From contig JBNRSN020000002.1 of the NCBI GenBank assembly GCA_051313645.2, positions 568,602,001-568,666,000 of the forward strand: a stretch of 64,000 nucleotides of DNA, given 5' to 3'. Under the pieces are notes generated by a model. That model was not told the DNA's origin. It saw only the letters and a program-made list of their open reading frames with translations, and ran no database searches. This document shows positions 23,148-35,254 of this stretch, piece after piece; within the stretch, counting starts at the first letter, position 1; each line of letters begins with the position of its first letter. Position numbers and translations under genes: made by a program. The DNA comes from Centroscyllium fabricii. Taxonomy: Eukaryota.

Positions 23148-23872
23148 GGGGGGGGACAAGTTGGGTTGCACCCCGTTTGGGGCGCTAACCTCAGGAAGTA
23201 GCGCCCCCAAAAAATTAGCGCCATTGCGCCTTAAATTGGGTTTTAGCACCCCAAGTAGGAGGTGGGACGCTACTGCAGGCGCCCCACCTCGTTCCTTCGA
23301 CGCAACGACTGAAGTTCGGGCCACTGTGGGTCGCTGCGCCACGCTCTGCAGCACGCCGCGCCGCAGTACTGCAGGCCTCCCCTCCCCTTCTTAAAGGGGA
23401 GCGGCCTAGCGCGGCGCGGCCCGGAGCCCCGCTGGGGATCGGAGTACCGGCAAAGGAGCCCAGCACTCGAGGGAAGTGCTGGGCTCACGGAGCATCGGGA
23501 AAGGTGGAGGGGGCAGGTGCTGGCAGGCGTCCAGCAAGAAAAGTGGGCGCCCACCACCACCCCCCTTTAATAGCGCTGGCCCGGCTGCAACTGCGTCCCC
23601 CGACCCTGCCGGTGACAGTGTCCGGTGCTAGTGTCTGGTGCTAAGTCAGGTGGCGTGAGTGAAGTTCGAGGCTGGGGTGCGAGTGAGGCGCTGCGCACGG
23701 CAATGAAATGATCACCGGCGGCGCAGCGCCACGGGGTACTACTGGCTGCCGCCACCACCAGCGCCCCGCTGAATCTCGCGGGAGGCGCCAGCCCAGGCGC
23801 TAGGTGCCTTGCGCCCCATTAACAGCTCTCTTAGGGAGCTAATGGCTGGCGCAAGCCACAAAATCTTCCCCC
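23148..23872. mobile_element. GC-rich Harbinger-like MITE (inverted relative to the 11125 copy)
   Basis: Homology to 11125-11892. Confidence 0.75.
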
Positions 23873-23884
23873 TGTGAAATGGTT

Positions 23885-24757
23885 ATAGCATGGAAGGTGG
23901 CCATTCGGCCCATCGAGCCTGTGCCGGCTCTCTGCAAGCACACTTCAGCCAGTCCCACTCCCCCATCCCTTCCTCGTAGCCCTGCAAATTTTTTCCTTCA
24001 GGTACTTATAGAACCATAGAAGATAGGAGAAGGATTAGGCCATTCGGCCCCTCGAGTCTGCTCCGCCATTCAATGAGATCATGGTTGATCATCCAAACCC
24101 AGTACCCCGTCCCTGCCTTGTCCCCATATCCCTATCGAACCTGCACCGACGCATATCGCACCCTATCCCCGTAACCCCACATATTCAATCCCCCCAACAC
24201 TAAGGGTCAATTTATCATGGCCAATCAACCTAACCTGCACATCTTTGGACCAATTATCCAATTCCCTTTTGAAAGCAGTGATTGAGTCTGCCTCCACCAC
24301 CCTCTCAGGCAGCGCATTCCAGGTCCTAACCACTCGCTGAGTAAAAAAGTTTTTCCTCATGTCGCCTTTGGTTCTTTTGTCAATCACCTTAAATCTATCT
24401 CCTCTGGTTCTCGACCCCTCTGCCAATGGGAGCAGTTTCTCTCAATCTACTCTGTCCAGACCCCTCAAGATTTTGAACACCTCGATCAAATCTCCTCTCA
24501 ATCTTCTCTGCTCCAAGGAGAACGACCCCAGCTTCTCCAGTCTATCCACGTAACTGAAGTCTCTCATCCCTGGAAGCTTTATCGTAAATCTTTTCTGCAC
24601 CCTCTCGAAGGCCTTCACATCCTTCCTAAAGTGCGGTGTCCAACATTGGACACAATGCTCCAGTTGAGGGTGAACCAGTGTTTTTTATACAGGTTCATCA
24701 TAACTTCCAGGCTCTTGTACACTATACCCCTGTACCTCTATTCATGAAGCCCAGGAT
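23885..24757 (-). mobile_element. CR1 3' fragment with a truncated HE1 SINE (24008-24250) inserted
   Basis: RKNFFTQRVVRTWNALP frame. Continuous across the insertion. Confidence 0.8.
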
Positions 24758-25553
24758 TTGTATCTCTTGGCCAGTGAAGTCGTCCCCCAATTCAAATCCC
24801 AGCGCATTGATTAGGATTGCATAAAATCCCGTTAAAGTTTGTGAATGGTGATGCACTAGGATTCAGGCGGCACACTGGACTCATTTCAGAAACAGATGGC
24901 TCTTGTGAGCGGAAGATGGGAAGATTGGAAGGTTGGGATTAAAATGACTGGAGAACCACTTTCTGTTGTTGCGATTTTTCACCTGCTCTGTTCTTACCTG
25001 ACCCGCCCACTGTTTTTCGCACTTGTCCCCTTTCCCATTGTTAATCTCCAAAAATTTGCCGAGCTCTAATGGATTCTCACATAGACTCGTAGCGATGCAC
25101 GGCACAGGGGGAGGCCATTCGGCCCATCGAGCCTGGTCATGGAGTCATTGGGCCGGATTTTCCGACGGCCCCCCTGAGGCCAAACGCGTGAGTACGGAGT
25201 GGGTACTCATGCGTGCGGCCCTCGGAAGTGCTGGTTCTGTGCATGCATAGACTCGTAGCGATGCACGGCACAGGGGGAGGCCATTCGGCCCATCGAGCCT
25301 GGTCATGGAGTCATTGGGCTGGATTTTCCGACGGCCCCCCCGAGGCCAAACGCGTGAGTACGGAGCGGGTACTCACGCGTGCGGCCCTCGGAAGTGCTGG
25401 TTCTGTGTGTGCACCGAGCGTGCGCACAGAACCAGTACTTCCGATGCTGGCTCGGGGTGGGGAGTCAAGAGCCGGAGCGCGTTGCCCTGCGCACCAGAAC
25501 CTCCATTCTTTAGATATTCCTCTTCCACCTGGGTCTGATCCCAACAGCAGTCT

Positions 25554-26458
25554 CAATTCAATTCAATTCAAGTTTTATTGTCATTGCAGAGTACTAGTAC
25601 AATACAACGAGACGAAGACTCGCCACTCCCGAGAGTAGTGCAAATAAATTACATGCAAATTGCATACAGTAAAGTACATTATCAGGCGTGCAGGTACCGG
25701 AGTTTTTTTTTAAGAGTTCAGGAGGCTGACAGCCCTGGGGAAGAAGCTGTTCTTAAATCTAGTCGTGCGGGTGCGAATTGATCTGTAGCGTCTCCCGGAG
25801 GGCAGGGGGGCGAACAGACTGTGGCTGGGGTGTGTGGGGTCTTGAATAATGTTCATAGACCTCCGTAAGCAGCGTTTGAGGTAGATGCTTTCCACTGACG
25901 GTAGCTGTGTACCGGTGATTCGTTGGGCAGTTTTGACGACCCGCTGCAGGGTTTTCCGGTCCGAGATGGTGCAATTTCCATACCAGACTGTGATGCAGCT
26001 TGTCAGTATGCTTTCTATTGTGCAGCGGTAGACGTGGGAGAGGATGCCGGATGACAGCCTGGCTTTCTTCAGCTTCCTTAGGAAGTACAGGCGCTGTTGG
26101 GCCTTCTTGACCAGAGAGGAGGTGTTTAGTGACCAGGAGAGGTCTTCCGAGATGTGGACCCCGAGGAACTTGAAGCTGGACACCCTTTCCACCTCAGCCC
26201 CTTGGATGAAGATGGGGGTGTGTCTTCTGCTTCCAGTCCTCTGGAAGTCCACTATGATCTCCTTGGTTTTCTTGGTGTTCAGTGCCAGGTTGTTGTCAGC
26301 ACACCAACCCACAAGGCGCTGGATCTCATCCCTGTAGGCTGACTCGTCGTTGTTGGTGATCTGGCCAACCACCGTGGTGTCGTCCGCGAACTTGATGATC
26401 GTGTTGGAGCCATGGACAGCCGCACAGTCGTGAGTGAAGAGGGAGTAGAGGAGGGGGC
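25554..26458 (-). mobile_element. Rex1/Babar-type LINE, 5'-truncated (RT C-terminal half, ORF to 25710)
   Basis: SPLLYSLFTHDC...IIKFADDTTVVGQIT...KKAQQRLYFLRKL motifs. (TTGAA)n tail. 30-bp flanking duplication 25524-25553/26459-26488. Confidence 0.85.
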
Positions 26459-26908
26459 TCCACCTGGGTCTGATCCCAGCAGCAGTCTGAAACCCTTCTC
26501 AATATTCAGAAGCCGAACCCTCATTTCTGTTAAACTGTACCATGCTCGGAAATTGAATCCATCTTCATTGAACGTTAGGGCCCAGATTTCGCTGAAAAAA
26601 TAACAAGCGTCTGATCGGCGCTCGCCATTATTACTGCGCGAAGCGGCCGGCAATTCGTGGCGAGGGAGAGACTCCCCGTGACTTGCAAATCGCCGGCTGG
26701 TTTTTGCTGCTCCGCCGTTCACCTCACGAAATCGGTATCTTGTCCGCAATCTCTCCGGGAGCTTTCACAAGTTGCTGCAGTTGCACATTAATTACCCGTT
26801 AAACGCGCCGCAGAAAGTGAAGTCTAGTGATTAACAGCGTAAGTACCCCCTTTACCGACGTGCTGATGGCTGCCAAACAACCTCTCTTGCCCAGAAAGTG
26901 AAAATTAT

Positions 26909-27804
26909 GGGATCAATTTTCATGGAGCCGCCAGGTGGGTTTTTGGGGCGGGCCTGTAGGGGAAATTGCTAAAACGGGGGGGTCCGCGACCCCTCCCCCC
27001 GCCTTCCTGCCCGCTTGTCAGTTTCACCCGGTGGGTCCGATTGGCCCGCCTCAGTCCCACCCGGCATCGGCGGGGAATGTCGTTAGGCTCATTAGCTGCC
27101 CTTAATTGGCATTGGCAATGCCATTTTAAGGGCCCCTTGCTATTTTGAGCCTCTTCCCACCCAAAACCCGCCTGGTGGCAACACTGCCGTTGAAAGCTGG
27201 CGGGCACCCAATCGGCTGGGTGACTGCCACCTTCAAGGCATGGGAAACAGCAGCCACAGAACGGCTTGCTGCCCTCCAACATGCTGGAGGTGTAACTGGC
27301 ACCCAAGGGTACCAAACTTCAGTGGCCAAAAACCTTTAAACCCTTACTTACCAGCTGCGTCCCACTGACTCACAGACAACGCGCTGCGAGCTGTCAAGGT
27401 GCCTGTCTGTGAAGCAAAGCAGTTACACCGTCAATGATCCAGTGGGTCAGTTTCTGTTTACATTCCACTGAAACCACAAACAAACAGAGCCAGCCTAGTT
27501 AAAGCTGTCACTATGAGAGTTGTGATTACATCGGTTTACATTCCATTGTGACCTCACAAAGCCCTCAAACCACAGAAAGTAAAACAGCAGATCTGCCAAT
27601 CACCGGCTCTGCTGCTGACACAGCCCAAAGCCCGCCCGCATCCTGTGTAAAATGAATCAATTGCCAGGGTCTTCCCACACTCGGGGACTTAATTGGCCAA
27701 TTAAGCCAAAGTTGCGTGGGGCTATAAACCCTTTAGAAAGCGGGAAGATAGTGTGATCAATGGGGATCCCACCCATTTCCCACACCTTCAGGAAAATTGA
27801 CCCC
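26909..27804. mobile_element. Harbinger-like MITE nested in another MITE that starts at 26578
   Basis: GGGATCAATTTTC / GAAAATTGACCCC with TSD TAT. Confidence 0.7.
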
Positions 27805-28082
27805 TATAAGCATGTTGTCTCATTCTTTCAGGTTGTGAATTCTTTTAGGAGATTTAAAAAATGTAAAATCTAAGATTTAAAAAAAATTCTTACTTTTCCT
27901 TGCTGTCTCTTTTTCTCTCTTATTGCAATCTTTCCTTCCCTCTCTTTATCCCAGCCTCGAGCTTCCAGCAATTTTGACGCCAAAAAATGAAAAACCTTAA
28001 ACATGCATGATAAGTCTAATGGGGCATGCCGTGAGATGCCCAGCTCCAGCACACATCTGGGCCAATCTGTTGCAATGACAAT

Positions 28083-29023
28083 GGGCCCTGTTTTCCTGTG
28101 GCCCGATTGCTGCGGGTGCGCGCTCACGTGCACCCGCGGCGCATGCGCACGTAATATATATATTTTTTCTGACGGCAATTTCCTGTGGAAAATGCCGGGT
28201 TTTTTTGCTGCGTAGGGGTCTGGTTTTTTTTGGTGCGTGGTGCTTTGTGCGTAGGTTGTGAGCAGGCCACGCCCACTGAGGTCGGCTTTCCCCCCGCACA
28301 AAGCACAGAATCGGCCTCAGGACAAAGAATATCGGGTAGGAAGCACCTTGTTTTTTTAAAGTTTCTAGGAAGCACCTTGTTTTTTTTAAGTTTCTAAGAA
28401 GCACCTTGTTTTTTTTAAGTTTCTAGGAAGCACCTTGTTTTTTTTTGGTGGAAGTGAAAAAAACACGTTTAAAGGTAAGTTTTTTTTTGATTCCTTTGCA
28501 GATATTTGTCTGTGGTCTTTCAGCTTTTAAATGAGTAGGGGTTTTTTTTTGGTGAAAGTGAAAAAAAAACGGGTTTTTAACGCGAATTAAGCAGCTGTGA
28601 TGGCCATCAGAGCTGCTGACATCGCGTTAAAAACCCCGTTTTTTTTTCACTTTCACCAAAAAAACAAAAATCCTACTCATTTAAAAGCTGAAAGACCACA
28701 GACAAATATCTGCAAAGGAATCAAAAAAAAAACTTACCTTTAAACGTGTTTCTCCACTTCTCAAAGCTGCTGCAGCACCTCTAAGACTGCGTTTTAAATG
28801 TGCAGCTGAAGAGAGACTTGCCCACGTGATACACACGCATTTTGAGCAGCTGCCACAGGAAATCGGCAGCTCAAAGTCTTCCTGGGTAGGAAGCTGAAGC
28901 CCCTTGCCCATCAGCACAGGAAATTCACGTTTCTGGTAATCACCCGAGCTGCACCCCCATGAGGCATTTCTGACCCCCCTTCGTGGGGGTGCAGCTCTTC
29001 TGGAGCACAGGAAAACAGGGCCC
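28083..29023. mobile_element. Harbinger-like MITE with a long internal palindrome
   Basis: Perfect 18-bp TIR GGGCCCTGTTTTCCTGTG and TSD AAT. About four copies of a 28-29-bp tandem repeat at 28338-28445. Palindrome at 28452-28759. Confidence 0.85.
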
Positions 29024-31108
29024 AATGTATCATATGCTGAGCAATCACATAAGTTGTTTTTATTTAAAAAATTATTTTGGGGCTCCTATTATTCTTGATC
29101 AGTATTAATGTGGTTTAAGCTCCCTTGTGTCTCTATTGGGACCACACTGCCAAATGTTCCAGAGTCCATGCATGGATTGAAACATTAATTGGTGATTCTT
29201 TCCTCACTTCAACACCTTTTATTTAAAGCTTAATTCTCCAAACCTTTTCCTCTCAATTGATTCTCCATTGCAGCAAAACTACCTCAGAGTCCAACAGTTA
29301 TTTGAGAAGTTTGAGCAGAAAAAAAATCAATTAGTCACTTTTATAAATTGTCCAAGAACTTGGATGTGCTTTAATCTCATGGCTCATAGAATAGTCCAGC
29401 ACAGAAGGAGGCCATTCGGCCCATCGAGTCTGCACCGGCTCTTTCGAAGAACAATCCAGTCAGTCCCACCCCCCTCGCTCTTGCCCCAGATTGCTGCAAT
29501 TTTTTCTCCTTCAAGTATTTATCCAATTCCCTTTTGAAGGCGACTATTGAATCTGTATCCATCAGCCTTAAGAAAATTAACTGGACCAGCCACATAAATA
29601 CTGTGGCAAGAGCAGGCCAGAGGCTGGGAATTCTGTGGTGAGTGTCTCACCTCCCGACTCCCCAAAGTCTTTCCACCATCTACAAGGCACAAGTCAGGAG
29701 TGTGATGGAATACTCTCCTTGCTTGGATGAGTGCAGAGCCAACAACATTTAAGAAGCTCGACACCATCCAGGACAAAGTAGCCCACTTGATTGGCACCCC
29801 ATCAACCACCTTCAACATTCACTCCCTCCACCACTGGCGTACCGTGGCTGCAGTGTGTACCATCTACAAGATGCACTGCAGCAACTCGCCAAGACTTCTT
29901 CGGCAGCACCTCCCAAACCCGCGACCTCTTCCACCTAGAAGGACAAGGGTAGCAGGCGCATGGGAACTCCACCACCTCCAAGTTCCCCTCCAAGTCACAC
30001 ACCATCCTGACTTAGAAATATATCGACCGTTCCTTCATCGTCGCTGGGTCAAAATCCTGGAACTGCCTCCCTGAACAGCACTGTGGGAGCACCTTCATCA
30101 CACAGACTGCAGCAGTTCAAGAAGGCGGCTCACCACCACCTTCTCGAGGACAACTAAGGATGGGCAATAAATGTTGGCATTGCCAGCGATGCCCAGATCC
30201 CAAAAACGAATAACAAAAACCCTATAAGGCCGCGCATTCCAAATCCTAATCACTCGTTGTGTAAAAACGTTTTTCCTCACGCCGCCTCTGGTTCTTTTGT
30301 CAACTGCTTTCAATCTGTGCCCTCAATAATTCCTTTATGTAATTCAGATTGCATCGGCTAGTTCATGTAATTAACCCCAATTATTAATCTGGTTTTTTAG
30401 TGATATTGATTGAGGGACAAATATTGGCCAGGACACCGGGGAGAACTCCCCTGCTCTTCTTCAAAATAGTGGCCATGGGATCTTTTACGTCCACTTGACA
30501 GGGTAAACGGGGCCTCGGTTTAACGTCTCATCTGAAAGAGAGCACCTCCGACAGTGCAGCACTCCCTCAGTGCTACAATTAAATTCTCTTCAATTTAATA
30601 ATGTAGGCACATGCAGGAGCCATTTAGCACACAGCAGGGTCCACAGAGGAATCTCAGACTGATACTGTCAACCGTAGCTTCGAGGCGCAAAAAAGTATCG
30701 ATTTACCAAGAACCAATTGCCAATAAACAACAACTTGCAACGTTAACAGTAAGAGGTGTCATAAGGGGCTTCACAAACATGGTTCGGGGAACGGACATCC
30801 AGCTCGGAAGGAAGCGATCAGGAGGGAGGTTTGGTGGGAGAGAGGGGTTTTTGAAGGTGGAGAGCGAGGCAGAAGGAGATTTTAGTTCCAGAGAGCAGGA
30901 ATGAGATGGCGCAACCTCTTCCAACAATGGTGGTGTAGGAATGGCAGAGACGGGGTGGGACAAAGTTGTGGTGAGATTTATAGACAAGTATTTTAAATAG
31001 TACATTGTTTTGCTAATAGATTACCAATAGATTCCCTACATGATTCACCATTCTGGTTTCAACTCCAGTTTATCAAGTCCTGTACACATTTATGTATATT
31101 TAACTTTT

Positions 31109-31498
31109 GGGGCAGCACGGTGGTTAGCACTGTTGTCTCACAGCACTGGAGACCCGGGTTCAAATTCAGCCTCGGGTGACTATCTGTGTGGAGTTTGCAC
31201 ATTCTCCCCATGTCTGCGTGGGTTTCCTCCGGGTGCTCCGGTTTCCCCCCAGTCCAAAGCTGTGCGGGTTAGGTTGATTGGCCAGGATAAATTGACCCTT
31301 AGTGTTGGGGGATTGAATATGTGGGGTTACGGGGATAGGGTGTTAATGCAGGCTCGATAGGGAGTGAGGGATGAGGGGAGAGGGCAGGGACAGGGTACTG
31401 GGTTTGGATGATCAGCCATGATCTCATTGAATGGCGGAGCAGGCTCGAAGGGCCGAATGGCCTACTCCTGCTCCTAGTTTCTATGTTTTTATGTTTCT
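31109..31498 (+). mobile_element. HE1-type V-SINE
   Basis: Consensus copy with small deletions. Confidence 0.88.
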
Positions 31499-31786
31499 AA
31501 CTCTGAATTTTCCAAATATTGCTGAGTTTAATTCCCTTCATCGGCTCCAAAGAATCTATACAACGTGCCAATAAATAACAGGAATAGAGAGATAGGAAAA
31601 TCAACCAGGGAATCGGAAATAAAAACAGTCAATTCTGGAAATACACTGCAAGTCTGTCAGCAGCTAAGCAGAGAGAAGACGGAATTCAAAACATTGTACA
31701 ACAGTGTAAAAAGGGCGATAGTGAGTCGGCAGGCCACGTTACATTGCTCCCCGATTTTTATTTCCATTGACTTCAATGGTGTCAGC

Positions 31787-32258
31787 TGTGGCTCAGTGGG
31801 TAGCACCCTCGCCTCTGAGTCAGAAGGTTGTGGGCTCAAAAATCTAGGCTGACGCTCCAGGGCAGTGCTGAGGGAGTGCGGCACTGTCAGAGGTGCCGTT
31901 TTTCGGATGAGATGTTAAACCGAGGCCCCCTCTGCCCTCTCAGGCGGACGTAAAAGATCCCGGGGCCACTATTTCGAAGAAGAGCAGGGGAGTTATCCCC
32001 AGTGTCCTGGTCAATATTTATCCCTCAATCGACATCCCCAAAACAGATTATCTGATCATCATCTACATTACAACAGCGACTACACTTTCATTATCTAGTC
32101 ATTATCACATTGCTGTTTGCGGGATCTTGCTGTGTGCAAATTGGCAGCCATGTTTCCTTCATTTCAACAGTGACTGCACTTCAAAAAGCACTTCATTGGC
32201 TGTAAAGCGCTTTGGGACACCCTGAGGTTGTTAAAGGTGCTATAGAAATGTAAATCTT
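31787..32258 (+). mobile_element. SacSINE1/DeuSINE-like SINE
   Basis: Consensus copy with internal rearrangements. Confidence 0.8.
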
Positions 32259-32391
32259 TTTTCCTTTCAAGCTCGAACTCGAGCAGTGCATTTCACAGCC
32301 CCACAACACGGTGAAGAAGTCCCTCCTACTCTCGATCCTAAATCTCTTACATTTAATCTTACGTCTACATCCCCTCCTTCTAGACCCCTCA

Positions 32392-33005
32392 AGAAGGTGA
32401 CAGGTTGAGAAAAAAGTTTAAAAGGCTTACGGGATCCTGGGCTTCATAAATAGCGGTATAGAGTACAAAAGTGTGGAAATTATGATGAATCTTTATAAAA
32501 CACTGGTTCAGCCTCAACTGGAGTATTGTGTCCAATTCAGGGCATCGCACTTTAGGAAGGATGTGAAAGCCTTGGAGAGGGTGCAGAAAAGATTTACGAG
32601 AATGGTTCCAGGGATGAGGGACTTCAGTGACGTGGATAGACGGGAGAAGCTGGGGTTGTTCTCCTTGGAGCAGTGAAAGGTTGTGAGGAGATTTGATCGA
32701 GATGTTCAAAATCATGAGGGGTCTGGACAGAGTAGATCGAGAGAAACTGTTCCCATTGGCGGAAGGGTCGAGAACCAGTGGACACAGGTTTAAGGTGATT
32801 GGCAGAAGTGATGTGAGAAAAAGCCTTTTTACGCAGCAAGTGGTTTGGATCTGGAATGGCAGACTCAATCTTATCTTTCAAAAGGGAGTTGGATTAATAT
32901 CTGAAGGAAAAACATTTGCAGGGAAAATGCAGGGAATTGGGGCTAGCTGAGAGTCGGCATGGCTCGACGGGCTAAATGGCCTTCTTCCGTGCTATAATCA
33001 TTTTA
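32392..33005 (+). mobile_element. CR1 ORF2 3' fragment
   Basis: LYKTLVQPQLEYCVQF...LERVQKRFTRMVPGM frame. Confidence 0.85.
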
Positions 33006-33540
33006 TCACTGGAAAGAATCTGTTTTTGTTTACTCTGGCCTAACCCCATTCATAATTTTAAACATGTTCAAGTCCCACTCCAGAGACTTGAACACAAATT
33101 TCTAGGCTGACCCTCCCAGTGCAGTGCTGGGGGAGTGCGGCACTGTTGGAGGCACCGTCTTTCGGATGCGATGTTAAACTGAGGCCCTGTCTGCTCTCTC
33201 AGGTGGACGTAAAAGATCCCGTGGCATTATTTCAAAGAGGAGCAGGGAGTTCTCCCCGGTGTCCTGGGGCCAATATTTATCCCTCAATCAACATCACTCA
33301 TACAGATTACCTGATCATCATCGACATTATTGTGAGGGGGCTTGATCGGGTGGATGCGGGGAGGATGTTTCCACTGATGGGTGAGACTAGAACTAGGGGG
33401 CATAATCTGAGAATAAGGGGCTGCCCTTTCAAAACTGAGATGAGGAGGAATTTCTTCACTCAGAGGGTGGTGAGTCTGTGGAATGTTCTGCCTCAGTGAG
33501 CTGTGGAAGCTGGGACATTAAATAAATTAAAATCGGAAAT

Positions 33541-34696
33541 GGGGGGGGGGGGGATTTTCACAAAGGTGTGGGAAGCTGGCAGGTTTTGGGCGGGTCAGCT
33601 TTGTGGCCCGCGCGATTTTGCCTCAAGTGGCCAATTAAATCCCCGCCGGTTAGCGCCGTTTTAAATACACACTTCTCAGTCAGGAAGCGTGGGGCATCCT
33701 TTCAGATTCTGTGACCGGCCGGCTTTTGATTGACAGGCCTGAAGAGTTTCAGTAGCCAGAAACCACAAAGCCTGATTGACAGTTCTGAAGTGGTTGCTTT
33801 GTTTCAATGTTGACAGAGGATTGTGATGTCACAATTCAATGCAAACATTGAAACCACAAATCTAACAATTCAAGAGCTTGACTGTTTGTTTGTGGTTTCA
33901 CTGGAATGTAAACATAAACTGATCCCCAGGGTGATTGACAGCTTGCTTCTCAGGCACAGCTCACAGCGCGATGTCTATGAATGGCTGGCATTTAAAGGCA
34001 AGTGATTTCTATTTTTTGGGGCTCTGAAGTGTCCACCCTTGGGTGGCAGCTGCACCTCCAGTATGGTGGATGCTAGTCCAAAGATGTGCGGGTTAGGTAG
34101 ATTGGCCATGATAAATTGACCCTTAGTGTTAGGGGGATTGAATATGTGGGGTTACGGGGATAGGGTGGGATATGTGTCAGTTTAGGCTCGATAGGGATCG
34201 AAGGATATGGGGAGAAGGCAGGGACAGGGTACTGGGTTTGGATGATCAGCCATGATCTCATTGAATGGCGGAGCAGGCTCGAAGGGCCGAATGGCCTACT
34301 CCTGCTCCTAGTTTCTATGTTTCTATGTTTCTAAGCTACTGTGTGGCTACTGTGCCCATGCCTTGAAGGTGGCAGTCACCCAGCCGATTGGGTGCCCGCC
34401 AGCTTTTAGCGGCGGGGTTCCCACCAGGTGGGTTTTGGGTGGGAAGAGGACGGAAATAGCTGAGGGCCCTTAAAATAGAATTACCCAGGCAATTAAGGGC
34501 CCTCAACGAGCTCATTGAGCATCCCCGCCCGCGGCCGGAGGGAAACATTCGGGGCGGGAAAACCCGCCCGAGGAAACTGGCAAATCAGCGGGGATCCGGC
34601 GGGGTGGGTTCTCGCCCGCCAGATTTGCGATTTCACCCCCCCCCCCCCCCGCCCCGCCAGAAACCCGCACTCAGGGACCTCGGAAAATCTCCCCCC
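33541..34696. mobile_element. Harbinger-like MITE in a CR1 tail, containing a truncated HE1 (34074-34333)
   Basis: GGGGGATTTTC / GAAAATCTCCCCCC termini. CR1 is continuous across it. Confidence 0.7.
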
Positions 34697-34852
34697 AGAC
34701 AGTTTCCGAGCTGATAAGGGAATAAGGGGTTACGGGGAGCGGGCAGGGAAGTGGACGGGAGTCTATGTTCGGATCAGCCATGATCCTATTGAATGGCGGA
34801 GCAGGCCCGAGGGGCCGTATGGCCGACTCCTGCTCTTACTTCTTATATTATA

Positions 34853-35254
34853 TAGAAACATAGAAACATAGAAGATAGGAGCAGGAGTAGGCCATTCGGC
34901 CCTTCGAGCCTGCTCCACCATTCAATGAGATCATGGCTGATCATCCAAACCCAGCACCCTGTCCCTGCCTTCTCCCCATATCCCTCGATCCCTATCGAGC
35001 CTGCACCGACACATATCCCACCCTATCCCCGCAACCCCACATATTCAATCTCCCTAACACTAAGGGTCAATTTATCCTGGCCAATCAACCTAACCCGCAC
35101 ATCTTTGGACTGTGGGAGGAAACCGGAGCACCCGGAGGAAACCCACGCAGACACGGGGAGAATGTGCAAACTCCACACACATAGTCACCCGAGGCTGGAT
35201 TTGAACCCAGTGCTGTAAGGCAACAGTGCTAACCACTATGCCACCGTGCCGCCC
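34853..35254 (-). mobile_element. HE1-type V-SINE
   Basis: Full consensus copy. Confidence 0.9.
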
